The notes: generated by a model not told the origin, from the sequence alone. DNA of 64,000 bases from an uncultured Acidobacteriaceae bacterium (GCA_963814335.1 CAWFCO010000005.1:848492-912491); one strand, 5' to 3'. Counted from the first letter of the stretch, positions 1-11,079 are shown. A program made the numbers and translations.

Positions 1-149
1 CGGTGGGCAAGGATACGCGAAGTATCAAGACGCGCATTGAAGATGGTGGCTACGGCCTCTTCGCTGATGGGGCGTTCTTCCTCCAGAAAAACGGGAGGCA
101 GAACGACTGTGGTGCGTTGAATGCGAATGTCTTCAATGGCGAGGGGCAT
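1..149 (-). CDS. 3-deoxy-7-phosphoheptulonate (DAHP) synthase class I-alpha (AroF/G/H type), N-terminal part, runs off window edge
   Basis: Manual translation from ATG at 149: MPLAIEDIRIQRTTVVLPPVFLEEERPISEEAVATIFNARLDTSRILAH, resembling the AroG N-terminus (DLRI..LPPV..P..E.A..T...AR...IL). AGAAGGA RBS upstream. Not in ORF track. Confidence 0.7.
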   Translation of the reverse strand, partial: MPLAIEDIRIQRTTVVLPPVFLEEERPISEEAVATIFNARLDTSRILAH

Positions 150-274
150 CGTACTGGGTCCTTCTGAGAGCGCCCGGGAGCAAGGATGAACGGGCAGTGG
201 AGCCGCTGTATTGAGGGCCTGCTTTTATGCTACCAGCGATGTGGTTGTGTGTGCACCGGGGGATGGGACGGGGG

Positions 275-1339
275 TTAGCCGCCGAGCGAGTAGATGACCC
301 TGAATCTCTACTTTGCTTCTGCGGGCTGTCCGTCCACCTGGATGGGCGGATAAAGCCAACGGCGCACAGCATTCAGGCTGCTGGCGCGGAGAACCTCAGG
401 GCCGGCAACAGCGGACGGCATCATGCACTGTGCCATCAGGAGCAATATGCGCGATGACGGCGACGGTACCAGAGATGGTGCATTCGGCTTCAAGTCGGTG
501 GATAGGCGGGAACGACTTTAATCTCCGGCTTGATTCCAGCTGGAGAGTGAACAGGAGTCGGAAGAGGCCGTGTTTGCGTCTGCGGGCGGTGAAACATAGG
601 TGTCTGATGGGCTGCAACTGGCCAAGGGCTGAAAACTGAAACGAGAGGGAGAGAATTCCTTCCGTAGAAAGTGCAACAGCTGTGGAATGAATCGGTTATC
701 GAATATGCCTGATTTTGCTCATATAATTTGGTCGAGCAGTTCTGGGGATGCTGGAAGTGCAGAACGGCATGGTTTGGGGTCGAAGCAATAGGACATCGGA
801 TTTTGGATCGGAAGCTTTTTCTCATTCTTGTCGGTAAGGCGGTGCAGGGGAGTTCAACCGAACCGAATTTGCGTTTGAGGTCATGGAACGACGGATCCAG
901 GAAATATGAGGCGGGCAGGATTGGGTGTTTCGATGTTGTCGCGAATCTCGCTGATGGGCCAGGGAACCCAGCCCTGATCTCCGGTGCGGAAGACGCCCTT
1001 GTCCGTGCGGAATTCCTCCTGATTGAAGCTGGGGCTGTGGTAGGCGACGCGATAGTGCATTGGGCCAAACCACCATTCCTCGTAGGTGCCAGTTTCTGAG
1101 GGTTTGCCCTGGTTGTCATAAAGCTGGTAGGTGGCTTTGAGGTGCCAGGGCTTTGCTCCGGGAACGACGAGTCCATTGATATTGCGGCCGACTTCGAGGC
1201 GCTGGGCTGGGTCGGACGGAGTGGCAATGCTCGTGACGGGCGGGTTTGCCGGTTGTTCCTGTTGGGCTGGCGCGGAGGTTTGCGCCGCAGTTTGCAGGGA
1301 CGCGAGAAGAAGTGCGAAGCCGAGACAGGCACGGAACAT
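275..1339 (-). pseudogene. TonB C-terminal-domain (energy transducer) family secreted protein, broken by multiple frameshifts (pseudogene or assembly error)
   Basis: Signal peptide and N-domain in ORF 881-1339. TonB-C motifs are split over frames: IKVVPAYP (490-1362 ORF), ISGTVAVIAHIAPDGTV (396-617), GPEVLRASSLNAVRRWLY (308-493). Reconstructed end VIYSLGG* with TAA at 275-277. Confidence 0.75.
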
Positions 1340-1383
1340 GGGAGCGCAAGCCTCCGGAGCAAGTGGAAAGATTGTTGACCAGT

Positions 1384-2334
1384 CTACTGCGTGAAGCGCT
1401 GCTCACCGGCTTCAATGGCGACGGAGAGACGGTTCTTCTCGGGCGGCAGGGGGCAGGTGGCATAGGAGGTGTAGGCGCAGGGTGGATTGTAGAGCCGGTT
1501 GAAGTCGATGGTGAGATGACCGGGCTTGGCGATGCCGTTGTCTGGGAGTCCGGTGGTGAGGAAGCGGCCGCCGCCGTAGGTGGTGGTCTGGCTGGTCTTG
1601 TCGCGCAGGATGAAGAAGAAGTGGTTTTTGTCGCCACCGTCGAAGACGGGTTCGAGCAGATAGACCTTGCCATTGAGCAGGAATTCGACGACGCCGGGAG
1701 CGGTCATGTTGAGAGTGGTACCGATCACGGTGGCGATTTGCTCGACCTGCGGCGGATGAAAGGGAATGTAACGGGCCTGAACGCGATATGCGGGGTTGGG
1801 CGCGTACCAATGAAGGCCTTGAAAGCCGGTTCGCGCTGGCGCGTTGGCGTCTTTGATGCGCAGGACGTAACGGTCGCCGCGCTTGAGGACAACGAGTTCC
1901 AGACCCTTGAATGCGATGACCGTGGGGTGTTCGTTTGAGGTGTCGAGTGCGCCTTCACGCGCGGGGCTGCCTTTGGTGGTGAGGCCGGCAGGGAAGCCGC
2001 CGGATGGAGCAAGAAGTTGCACGATGTCGCCGTTGACGGTGAGGAGGCCGACACGCGGTGGCGCGTCAGTGGCGTGGATCTGAATGGAATTGCCGGGGTC
2101 GGCGCCGATGGAGTTGAAGCCTGGCTTGAGCCACTCGAGACCGGCGAGTGAGAGCCAACCGTCCGGTGCGGAGATTTGCTTTGCGCGCTGTGTGCGCCAG
2201 GCGTCGAGGGATTGAAGCCATTCCGCATGCGAGGTCTGGCTGAACGCGGAAATGCCGGGGGTGAGCAGGAGGACGACGATTGCGAGTAGTTGAAGGCGAA
2301 TGAATGCGATTGCGCGGCTGCGATTGAGCGGCAC
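1384..2334 (-). CDS. DUF1684 family protein, exported
   Basis: Motifs GWLSLAGL, FILRDKTSQTTTYGGGRFL, IDFNRLYNPPCAY..YATCPLPP.KN, IEAGE. GTG 2334 chosen for its AGGGGG RBS; the ORF extends to 2430. Confidence 0.85.
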   Translation of the reverse strand: MPLNRSRAIAFIRLQLLAIVVLLLTPGISAFSQTSHAEWLQSLDAWRTQRAKQISAPDGWLSLAGLEWLKPGFNSIGADPGNSIQIHATDAPPRVGLLTVNGDIVQLLAPSGGFPAGLTTKGSPAREGALDTSNEHPTVIAFKGLELVVLKRGDRYVLRIKDANAPARTGFQGLHWYAPNPAYRVQARYIPFHPPQVEQIATVIGTTLNMTAPGVVEFLLNGKVYLLEPVFDGGDKNHFFFILRDKTSQTTTYGGGRFLTTGLPDNGIAKPGHLTIDFNRLYNPPCAYTSYATCPLPPEKNRLSVAIEAGEQRFTQ

Positions 2335-2552
2335 GGTATCCCCCTGAATCCCCATTATGACGTGGCTGCATGCGCTCCTTGACATGGCTTTCCGGGCGTT
2401 CCTACTATAGAAGAGGAAACCTGCATCCAATTGATTTAGTAATTTGTTGATAAGGATGGGGTTAGAGAATTCCTTCCTGGTTTTGGGTCAAGCGGCCACG
2501 TGGTTTGGCAGGCATGCCGGAGCCGATTGGGATTCCTGAAGAGGCCTGAACA

Positions 2553-3668
2553 ATGCCGGAAGTGCGCATCAGCCCGCGGGAGCGGCTGGTACTGACAAAG
2601 ACCATCGAACTGTATATCGCCACGGGAGAACCGGTGGCGTCGCAGGCGGTGGCACGTGCGCTGGCAGACAAAGACGGTCTGAGTTCGGCAACGATTCGCA
2701 ACGTGATGGCGGCCCTGGCGGATGCAGGCCTGCTGGAACAGCCACACACTTCGGCGGGACGTGTGCCGACAGCGGCGGCGTTCCGCTACCACGTCGCACA
2801 GATTACGCGGGTGGAGAATCCACTGGGTCAAGCGGGCGCGGCAATGCAAAGCGGCGCGGCGAAGAGCCCCATGAGTGCTGAGCGGCGCGGACAGATTGAA
2901 GAGAGTTTTAGCGGTGTGACTACCTCACACGAGTACCTGGAGCGGACGGCCCAGGTGCTGGCCCTGATCTCAAGCGGACTGGGCGTTGCCCTGGCGCGGG
3001 CCTCGGCAACGGATGTGCTGGAGCATATCCACTTTGCTCGACTGGCGACGGGACGCGTGCTGGCAGTGCTGGTAACGCAGGCTGGAGCGGTGCAGGATCG
3101 CGTGCTGACCGTAGACAAGGATCTAAGTCACGCAGAGCTGGAAACGGCAGCGCGGTACCTGAACGAGAACTTTCGCGGATGGGCCGTGGAACGAATTCGC
3201 GCAGAGGTTTCCCGGCGGGTGGAGCTGGATCGCGCGGCGTATCACCAACTGTTGCGATCAGTGGAAGAGTTGTGGCGCAAGAGCGCGCAGGCGGCGAGCG
3301 CCGCAGGACCGGATTTGTTTGTGGATGGAATGGCGAACCTGATTGCGGCCGAGGCAGACCGCGAACGGCTCCGCCAGATGTTGATGGCGCTGGAAGCCAA
3401 GCAGCGCCTAATTGAGCTGTTGACGGCCTATGTGGACGGGCGGCAGCACGAAGTACGCGTGGTGGTGGGGCTGGATGAGTCGCTGCCCGCGATGCAGGAC
3501 CTGGTGCTGTTCGGCGCGCCGGCCCGGCTGGGAGGCTCACGGCTGGGCGCGGTGGCGGTAATCGCACCCACGCGCATCCAATACCAGGAGATGATTCAGG
3601 CGGTTGGCTACATCGCCGGGCTCTCCGAGCGCATCTTAGAAGTACCCCCTGCGAAGGGTGTTCAATAG
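2553..3668 (+). CDS. hrcA: Heat-inducible transcription repressor HrcA
   Basis: N-terminal HTH with SSATIRNVMAALADAGLLEQPHTSAGRVPT; lies upstream of grpE-dnaJ. Confidence 0.97.
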   Translation: MPEVRISPRERLVLTKTIELYIATGEPVASQAVARALADKDGLSSATIRNVMAALADAGLLEQPHTSAGRVPTAAAFRYHVAQITRVENPLGQAGAAMQSGAAKSPMSAERRGQIEESFSGVTTSHEYLERTAQVLALISSGLGVALARASATDVLEHIHFARLATGRVLAVLVTQAGAVQDRVLTVDKDLSHAELETAARYLNENFRGWAVERIRAEVSRRVELDRAAYHQLLRSVEELWRKSAQAASAAGPDLFVDGMANLIAAEADRERLRQMLMALEAKQRLIELLTAYVDGRQHEVRVVVGLDESLPAMQDLVLFGAPARLGGSRLGAVAVIAPTRIQYQEMIQAVGYIAGLSERILEVPPAKGVQ

Positions 3669-3916
3669 GACCAGTTCACAATTATGGAAAGGCGGCGACG
3701 AGAGCCGATTTTTGCTCGCAACGCCACCCACCTCAGGACTGTGAACAGGCCCTAGACACAACGCGAGACAGGAAGGGCGGCGCGAGAAGCGCCACGGCGG
3801 GAGAGTTTACCTCGGAACGGTTTCTACACGCGTGAGGAACCTGGGTGGACAGCAAATTTCGCCGCGAAAATTTATCATTGAAAATGAAGAAGAGTCTTTG
3901 GAGATCGCGAAAAGGA

Positions 3917-4495
3917 ATGACTGAACAGGAGACAGAGTTGAAGCCGCAGGAAAGCGCGGCGGAGGAGACACCCGCGCAGGGTGTGGACGAGATTTCAGCC
4001 GAGCCGGTTAGCCGCGGGGAGTTTGACGCGCTGGCGGCCGAATTTGAAAAGGTGAAGGCGGAGCGCGACCAGTTGCTGGACCGGCTGGCGCGCATGCAGG
4101 CCGAATTTGAAAACGCGCGCAAACGCGCCGAGCGCGACAAGCTGGAGTATCGCGAGATTGCCACGGGGAACGTGGTGGAACAGTTCCTGCCGGTGCTGGA
4201 CAATTTTGAGCTGGCGCTGAATTCAACCGGCTCCGCCGAGCAACTGCGCTCGGGCGTGGAACTGATTGTGAAACAGATGGAAGAGGTACTGAAGGGCCTG
4301 CAGGTAAATGCTGTGCCGGCGGTGGGCAATGAGTTTGACCCACGTCACCATGAGGCGCTGGGTACGGTGGAGCGGGAAGACCTTCCCGACCAGCATGTGG
4401 CCGAGGAGATTCGCAAGGGCTACAAGATTCGCGAGCGTCTGCTGCGGCCGGCGCTGGTGCGCGTGGCGTCGAATCCGAAACAGGTAAACGAATAA
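3917..4495 (+). CDS. grpE: Nucleotide exchange factor GrpE
   Basis: [52 protein letters not shown] 3917 follows AAGGA. Confidence 0.97.
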   Translation: MTEQETELKPQESAAEETPAQGVDEISAEPVSRGEFDALAAEFEKVKAERDQLLDRLARMQAEFENARKRAERDKLEYREIATGNVVEQFLPVLDNFELALNSTGSAEQLRSGVELIVKQMEEVLKGLQVNAVPAVGNEFDPRHHEALGTVEREDLPDQHVAEEIRKGYKIRERLLRPALVRVASNPKQVNE

Positions 4496-4511
4496 GAGAC
4501 AACAGGCGGAG

Positions 4512-5651
4512 ATGGGTACCAGAGCAAACGTGAGCAAAGCAGACTATTACGAGGTTCTTGGCGTTGGACGCGACGCCAGTGAACAGGATTTGAAGAGCGC
4601 GTATCGCAAGCAGGCGATGAAGTATCACCCTGACCGCAACCCAGGGGACCACGCCGCCGAAGAGAAGTTCAAGCAGGCGAGCGAGGCCTACCAGGTATTG
4701 AGCGACGCGGACAAGCGCGCTGCCTATGACCGGTATGGACACGCGGGCGTGAATGGCGGTGGTCCTGGTGGCTTTTCAGGTGGTTTTCAGGGCGCCGTGG
4801 ACCTGGGTGACATCTTCGGCGATCTGTTCGGCGAGATGTTCAACATGGGCGGAGGCCAGCAGCGCGCCACACGGACACGGCGTGGCGACGATCTGCGCTT
4901 CGATCTGACGATTGAGTTTGAGGATGCGATCTTCGGCACCGAAACAGAGGTGAAGATTCGCAGGCTGGAATTGTGCGACACGTGCAACGGATCGGGAAGT
5001 GCGAGCGGGAAGGGACCGACCACCTGCCCACAATGCCAGGGGCGTGGGCAACTGAGGTACCAGCAGGGATTCTTCAGCGTGGCGAGGACGTGCAGCGCTT
5101 GCGGCGGAACGGGAACCATTATCAGCGACCCGTGCCAAACCTGCCGTGGTGAGACACGAGTAAGCCGGGAGAAGAAGCTGAAGGTACGTGTGCCTCCGGG
5201 GGTTGAAGAAGGAACGCGTATCCGCTATGGCAGCGAAGGCGATGCGGGACGTTCAGGCGGACCGAACGGCGATCTTTATGTCGTGCTGTCCGTGAAAAGC
5301 CACGACTTCTTCGAGCGCGATGGTCACGATTTGCATTGCGTGATACCGGTGAGTTTTCCGCAGGCGGCGTTGGGGGCGGAGATTGAAATACCGGCAATTG
5401 ACGGTGCGGTAACGCTGAAGGTTCCCGAAGGCACGCAGAGCGGCAAGGAGATTCGCATCCGCCACAAGGGAGTTCCTTACCTGAACGAGCGCGGCCGCGG
5501 TGACCTGATTGTCCGCGTTGTGGTGCAGACACCGAAGAAACTGACGAAGACGCAGCGCGAGTTGGTCACGCAACTGGCCGAGTCGATGACCGTGGACAAC
5601 AAGCCGTCGGCGCCGTCGCTCCTGGACAAGATGAAGGATCTGTTCAGCTAG
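4512..5651 (+). CDS. dnaJ: Chaperone DnaJ
   Basis: J-domain with HPD, G/F-rich region, four CxxCxGxG-type zinc repeats, C-terminal domain. Confidence 0.98.
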   Translation: MGTRANVSKADYYEVLGVGRDASEQDLKSAYRKQAMKYHPDRNPGDHAAEEKFKQASEAYQVLSDADKRAAYDRYGHAGVNGGGPGGFSGGFQGAVDLGDIFGDLFGEMFNMGGGQQRATRTRRGDDLRFDLTIEFEDAIFGTETEVKIRRLELCDTCNGSGSASGKGPTTCPQCQGRGQLRYQQGFFSVARTCSACGGTGTIISDPCQTCRGETRVSREKKLKVRVPPGVEEGTRIRYGSEGDAGRSGGPNGDLYVVLSVKSHDFFERDGHDLHCVIPVSFPQAALGAEIEIPAIDGAVTLKVPEGTQSGKEIRIRHKGVPYLNERGRGDLIVRVVVQTPKKLTKTQRELVTQLAESMTVDNKPSAPSLLDKMKDLFS

Positions 5652-5736
5652 GACTATTCCGCGCATCCGGATAGAAACGCCTGGCGGATAGGTTTGAACC
5701 GCCTGCAGGGCTGTATCAGTGGTGCCAAGCGGGCGG

Positions 5737-5742
5737 TATAAT
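5737..5742 (+). promoter_or_regulatory. -10 element (TATAAT) of a probable leaderless kinase transcript
   Basis: Perfect TATAAT, 7 nt before ATG 5750, no Shine-Dalgarno. Confidence 0.6.
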
Positions 5743-5749
5743 CGGGCCA

Positions 5750-8356
5750 ATGCCGCTCAACCCCCGTACGCAACTAGGCCAATACGAGATACTTGCGCCG
5801 CTCGGAGCGGGCGGTATGGGCGAAGTGTATCGTGCACGGGATACCAGGCTGAATCGTGATGTCGCCATCAAGGTCATCACAGACGTCTCCACGCATGACC
5901 CTGTGCGCATGAAGCGTTTTGAACTGGAGGCGCGCGCGGCCGCGGCGCTGAATCATCCGAACATTACAGCGGTTTATCAACTGGGCAGCTATGAAGGCAT
6001 GCCCTACCTGGTGACTGAGCTCCTTGAAGGGGAGACGCTGCGTGAGCGCATCGATCGCGGTCCCCTGCCGCTGCGCACAGTGGTGCAATATGCCGCACAA
6101 ATTGCGCGCGGGCTTGCCGCTGCGCACCAGAAGGGTATCGTTCACCGCGACTTGAAGCCGGAGAATCTGTTCCTGACGCAGCATGGTCAGGCGAAGATTC
6201 TGGACTTCGGATTGGCGCGCAACATTCTGACGCCCATGGTGGACCCCAGCGGCGCGCACGAAGCGAAGACCGAAACCGGCGTTGTGATGGGCACGGCGGG
6301 ATATATGTCTCCCGAACAGGTGCGCGGCAAGCAGGTGGACCACCGCAGCGATATTTTCTCGTTCAGCACCGTTCTGCACGAGATGATCACGGGCAAGAGA
6401 GCCTTCCATAAGTCGACGTCAGTGGAGACGATGACGTCGATTCTGAATGAGGAGCCTGAGCCGCTGGCGGTGGTGGCGCCAGCGACGCCGATTGCATTGC
6501 AACGTGTTGTGGAGCGCGGTCTGGAGAAAGATCCTGATCTTCGCTTTCAATCCGCGTCAGACATGGCGTTTGCCCTTGAGTCGCTGGCCGATTCAGTGAC
6601 GACGCCGACACAAACGGCACCTGTTGTTCCCAAGCCGCCAAAGAAGTTGAAGCCCGGCGTTATCGCCGCCATCATGGCGGGATTTATGGGTATTGTGGCG
6701 ATCGCTTATTTTTTGACGCGGCCGGTTCCCGAGCCCACGGTTGCCAACTATGTGCAGCTGACACAGGATGGAGAGCAGAAGTCGATTCTTGGCACGGATG
6801 GAGCGCGCATTTATCTGAGCCTGATCACGTCCGCGGTGGAGAGTCTTTCCATGCTGCCGGTGACAGGCGGCGAACAGACAAAGATTGCGTTGCCTGGGGC
6901 GGACATGGCTCCGGTGTCGATTTCATCAGACGGAACGCAGTTTCTGCTGGTGCAGGGGAAGGGCGTTCCACCAACAGGACCGCTCTGGTCTCTTGCCGTG
7001 ACCGGTGGTTCCGCGCGCAGGCTTGGGGATATCAATGCGACCACGGCGGCGTTTTCTCCGGACAACAGTCTGCTCGCATTTTCGCGCAGCGGAGAACTCT
7101 ACCTTGCACAGGCTGACGGCAGTTCGCAGCACAAGATTGCAACGATCAATGGCGTGATTTCCGATCTTGTGTGGTCGCTGGATGGACGCCGGTTGCGCTT
7201 CAGTTCATCCGATGGGTTCGGGCCGGGCATTGGCCAGCACATGATGTGGGAAGTAAACGTTGATGGATCGGAGTTGCATCGCCTGCTTGCAAAGTGGCAC
7301 ACACCACCGAACGAATGTTGCGGTCAATGGACGGTGGACGGCAAGTATTTCGTGTTTCAGTCAGAAGGACAGATTTGGGCGCTGCCGAGGGGGAATCGGT
7401 ATTTCTCGCCACACCCACAACCGATCCGGCTGACTTCAAGTCCGATGTCTCTGCATTCTCCGGTTCCGAGCAAGGATGGAACGAAGCTGTTTGTGGTTGG
7501 CAAAACCTACCGCGGTGAGCTTTCGGTCTTCAATACCAAGACGGGCCACTTCCAGCCATTTCTGGACGGGATTTCGGCGGAATACGTCTCGTTTTCGCGC
7601 GACGGGCAATGGGTAGCGTATGTGACGTATCCGCAGGGCGCTCTGTGGAAGAGCCGGGTGGACGGAAGCGATAAAGTGCAACTGACGTTTTCACCCTACA
7701 AGCCGACCATGCCGGAGTGGTCTCCAGATGGCCGGACCATTTTGTTTTTCGAGTATCCTCGCAGTTCGGTACAACCCGCGCGCGTTTATGAGCTGGCGTC
7801 GGCCGGCGGCTCCCCACGTGCGCTTCTGCCGAGCGATCCAAATAACGAACAGGATGCGACGTGGTCGCCTGATGGGCTGAAGATCGCATTTGCCGGCGAT
7901 GCGACGGATGCGGCACGTTCAAAGGCATCTCCGGCAATCAAGATTCTTGATTTGACCAATGGTAAGGTCACGCCAGTTCCCGGTTCGCAGGGATTGTTCT
8001 CTCCGCGCTGGTCGCCGGATGGCCGGTGGATTGCGGCGCTCACGAGCGACTCGCGCACGGTCGAGCTCTATGATGTGCGGACTCAGCAGTGGTCAGTGCT
8101 GTCGACGGGCACGGTGGGATGGGTGAACTGGTCTCATGAAAGCAATGCGGTCTACCTGCTGGACTTTACTGGAAGAGGTTCAGTCATACGCGTATCGCTT
8201 GCGACCAAGCAAGTGGAGCGTGTGGCAGATCTGAGTGATTTTGTGACGACCGGCCAGTTTGGCGGAGCGCTGGCACTGACACCGAAGGACGAGCCCTTGC
8301 TTTTGCGAGATACCGGGACGCAGGACGTGTACTCGCTGGACTGGACCGAGCCGTAA
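5750..8356 (+). CDS. Hanks-type Ser/Thr protein kinase with TM segment and C-terminal TolB/PD40-like beta-propeller
   Basis: GAGGMG, VAIK, HRDLKPEN, DFG and GTAGYMSPE are intact; hydrophobic segment; repeated FSPD/WSPDG motifs. Confidence 0.95.
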   Translation: MPLNPRTQLGQYEILAPLGAGGMGEVYRARDTRLNRDVAIKVITDVSTHDPVRMKRFELEARAAAALNHPNITAVYQLGSYEGMPYLVTELLEGETLRERIDRGPLPLRTVVQYAAQIARGLAAAHQKGIVHRDLKPENLFLTQHGQAKILDFGLARNILTPMVDPSGAHEAKTETGVVMGTAGYMSPEQVRGKQVDHRSDIFSFSTVLHEMITGKRAFHKSTSVETMTSILNEEPEPLAVVAPATPIALQRVVERGLEKDPDLRFQSASDMAFALESLADSVTTPTQTAPVVPKPPKKLKPGVIAAIMAGFMGIVAIAYFLTRPVPEPTVANYVQLTQDGEQKSILGTDGARIYLSLITSAVESLSMLPVTGGEQTKIALPGADMAPVSISSDGTQFLLVQGKGVPPTGPLWSLAVTGGSARRLGDINATTAAFSPDNSLLAFSRSGELYLAQADGSSQHKIATINGVISDLVWSLDGRRLRFSSSDGFGPGIGQHMMWEVNVDGSELHRLLAKWHTPPNECCGQWTVDGKYFVFQSEGQIWALPRGNRYFSPHPQPIRLTSSPMSLHSPVPSKDGTKLFVVGKTYRGELSVFNTKTGHFQPFLDGISAEYVSFSRDGQWVAYVTYPQGALWKSRVDGSDKVQLTFSPYKPTMPEWSPDGRTILFFEYPRSSVQPARVYELASAGGSPRALLPSDPNNEQDATWSPDGLKIAFAGDATDAARSKASPAIKILDLTNGKVTPVPGSQGLFSPRWSPDGRWIAALTSDSRTVELYDVRTQQWSVLSTGTVGWVNWSHESNAVYLLDFTGRGSVIRVSLATKQVERVADLSDFVTTGQFGGALALTPKDEPLLLRDTGTQDVYSLDWTEP

Positions 8357-8613
8357 AGTCGCAGAGACCCTGCATTCTTCCGCATCGCAAACTCCGAGTA
8401 AAACCAGACGACTGCGAAACCTCTTGACGAGGGTTTCAGGCGCGCAGTAGTTTTTCATTTGCAAAATATTTCCCCTATTGCATGTGCCGATTGTTCCTTT
8501 GGGCAGTGCAGCACGGTGAGATGACGGTATTCCTGCAGGTGACTGGAACAGGATCGCTGCAGGTTGGGACATTGCGCATCGGGTTCAGGCAAACCAAGGA
8601 AAGAAGCAAATTC

Positions 8614-11079
8614 ATGAGTGTGACGCGGCGGGATTTTCTTGTTGGTTCAACCTATGCGGGAGCCGGATTGTATTTGTCCGGCGGAGTGAATGCTCTTGCT
8701 CTTTCAGCTGAAGAGATGCATCCCGGGCTGGCGCGATTTGCGACCGGCATGCGGATGGCGGCGACGCCGGCGACACACTACCGGGCATACCGATCGAAGA
8801 CGGTGCAGAACCCCGAGAGCAAGACGTGGGTGCAGATTGATTTGGGAAAGAGTATTCCGATCGACGCTGTGCTCTTGTATCCGGCGTCAGAGCGCATGTA
8901 TCCGGGACGCGACCAGTACTATGCCGGCGAAGGATTTCCACTGCGGTTCCTGATTGAGGCGGCGGAAGACGAGGAGTTCACTTCGCCGGTGACGATTACC
9001 GACTTAAGAGATGCTGATTTTCCCGATCCGTGGGATGCGATCACGCAGTTCTCGGCCCCCGGAGCGCACGGCCGCTTTGTGCGATTGACGGCCACGCAGC
9101 TGCGCGCGGTGAAAACGAATCCTCCGAAGGACGCGCCTGCGGGTCAGCATGAAGTGGATAGTCCGGACTTCTCGCTGACTCTGGCGAAGATCGGAGTTCA
9201 CTCCGGCGGCAAGGATGCGGCTTTGGGTTGCGCGGTGAGTGTGGATTCGGAATACGGCAATGCGGAGCTGGGCGCACAACTGACGCGAGGTTATCGTCAG
9301 GATGAAGAAACGATTCACCGCGACAATCCACATGCAGTGACAGATGCCGCGAGCTGGACGCCTCCTCAGCCCAAGGCACGTGTGCCGAAGTCCGGTGTGA
9401 CTCTGCACGGTGGAGTTTTCCAGGTTGCCATGGAAAACAACATTGAGTATCTGTTGAGCTCGTACTCAACTGCAGATCTTCTGCGGCAATTCTATGAGCG
9501 AACCGGTAAGGTGAAAGACTTCAAACCGGTTGGCACGCAAAAGTTCTGGGAAGAAGATCTTGCCGGATCGAATGCCGGGCGGTTTCTGATGGGTGCGGGC
9601 AACACGCTGCGCTGGATCAAGAACGATGAATTGCAGAGGCGTCTGGATGCGGTCGTGGACGGAATCGCAGAGTGCCGCCAGCCGAACGGATACATCATGG
9701 CGTATCCGGAGGACACCATTTTCTACTCAGAGCGCGCAGCCTACACGCGTGCATGGCTGACGCATGGATTGCTGGAAGCTGCCTACAGCGGGAACGCGAA
9801 GGCTCTGCCGATGCTCCGCGGATACTACGACTGGTTCAATCGCCAGTCATTTTTGCCGGAGATGCTGCGCGGCGCCATCCAAGGTGGACAGGGCATGATT
9901 GCCAACACGCGCGTGTGCACAAGTCCTGTGGGCAAGCCGAAAGACGCACAGGTGATTCAACAGTACTACCAGGAAGATGCCTGGTTGCATGGACTGGCCC
10001 GGCGCGAAAAGGAGCAGGTCTGGCAGTATCCTTACGACCGCCCTCACTGTTATCTGCTCACCAATCTTGAAGCCTACATGGACATGTATCTGATCACTGG
10101 TGCGCCACTTTACCACGATGCGGTGCTGGGCGCGTGGGAGCTTTATCGCGCGCATTGGCAGCAAGCGGGCGGCAGTATTTCGATCATTGAATTTGAGAAC
10201 GATCCGCCCGACAGCAACTATCTTTCGCAGGAGTTGGGTGAATTATGCGGCTCCAGCTTCTGGGTCTTTCTCAGCCAACGTTTTCAAATGCTGAATCCCG
10301 ACGATGAGCGCTATGCCGCGGAGATTGAGAAATCGATCTACAACGTCGCACTGGCAAATCAGGATGGAGGATCGGGGTTGCGGTATCACACCAATCTCGA
10401 AGGCAAAAAAGAGAAATCGACGCACTACAACTCATGCTGCGAAGGGCAAGGAACGCGGCTGCTTGGGTCGCTTCCTGAGCACATTTACTCCATCGCACCG
10501 GATGGGTTGTACGTTCATCTCTACGAACCTTCGACCGTAAGCTGGACGCAGAACGGTCACTTGGCAGAGCTGACGATGAAGACGCGATTCCCATTTGATA
10601 CGAAGGTCGAGGCCAGCCTGAAAACCGATGGTCCCGTGGAAGCGAATATCCGGATTCGGGTTCCGTCGTGGGCCGGTGGGCCCATGGAGATTGTGGTGAA
10701 TGGAAAAACGCTGGACAAAGGCGAGCCTGGATCCTATGTGGCGTTACGCCGCACCTGGTCAAGCGGAGACCGCATTGAGTTCACACTTCCGGCGACGATT
10801 CGAGTCCGCCGCTATGAAGGCGCGGATCAGGTGGATGGCTTTGCGCGTTGTTCGGTGGAGTATGGCCCAATCTTGCTGGCGGCGCCGGACTCATCCAAAG
10901 CTGTTCTCTCGGCCAAGGGTGGGCATGACCTGGAGGATTTGCGTGAACTGGTGGAAGCAATCGAGGGCAGTCCGTTGCACTTCACTGTGCGCGGCAACCC
11001 CGGGCAAAAGCTGGTGCCCTACTGGCAAATCAGCGATGAAGAGTTCACCTGCTATCCGAGGGTGAGAATCGAAGCGTGA
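8614..11079 (+). CDS. Tat-exported glycoside hydrolase family 127 (beta-L-arabinofuranosidase-like) with N-terminal discoidin/F5-8-like domain
   Basis: TRRDFL twin-arginine signal at ATG 8614; ELCGS, AEIEKSIYN, SCCEGQG motifs; IRVPSW C-terminal beta-sandwich. Confidence 0.85.
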   Translation: MSVTRRDFLVGSTYAGAGLYLSGGVNALALSAEEMHPGLARFATGMRMAATPATHYRAYRSKTVQNPESKTWVQIDLGKSIPIDAVLLYPASERMYPGRDQYYAGEGFPLRFLIEAAEDEEFTSPVTITDLRDADFPDPWDAITQFSAPGAHGRFVRLTATQLRAVKTNPPKDAPAGQHEVDSPDFSLTLAKIGVHSGGKDAALGCAVSVDSEYGNAELGAQLTRGYRQDEETIHRDNPHAVTDAASWTPPQPKARVPKSGVTLHGGVFQVAMENNIEYLLSSYSTADLLRQFYERTGKVKDFKPVGTQKFWEEDLAGSNAGRFLMGAGNTLRWIKNDELQRRLDAVVDGIAECRQPNGYIMAYPEDTIFYSERAAYTRAWLTHGLLEAAYSGNAKALPMLRGYYDWFNRQSFLPEMLRGAIQGGQGMIANTRVCTSPVGKPKDAQVIQQYYQEDAWLHGLARREKEQVWQYPYDRPHCYLLTNLEAYMDMYLITGAPLYHDAVLGAWELYRAHWQQAGGSISIIEFENDPPDSNYLSQELGELCGSSFWVFLSQRFQMLNPDDERYAAEIEKSIYNVALANQDGGSGLRYHTNLEGKKEKSTHYNSCCEGQGTRLLGSLPEHIYSIAPDGLYVHLYEPSTVSWTQNGHLAELTMKTRFPFDTKVEASLKTDGPVEANIRIRVPSWAGGPMEIVVNGKTLDKGEPGSYVALRRTWSSGDRIEFTLPATIRVRRYEGADQVDGFARCSVEYGPILLAAPDSSKAVLSAKGGHDLEDLRELVEAIEGSPLHFTVRGNPGQKLVPYWQISDEEFTCYPRVRIEA

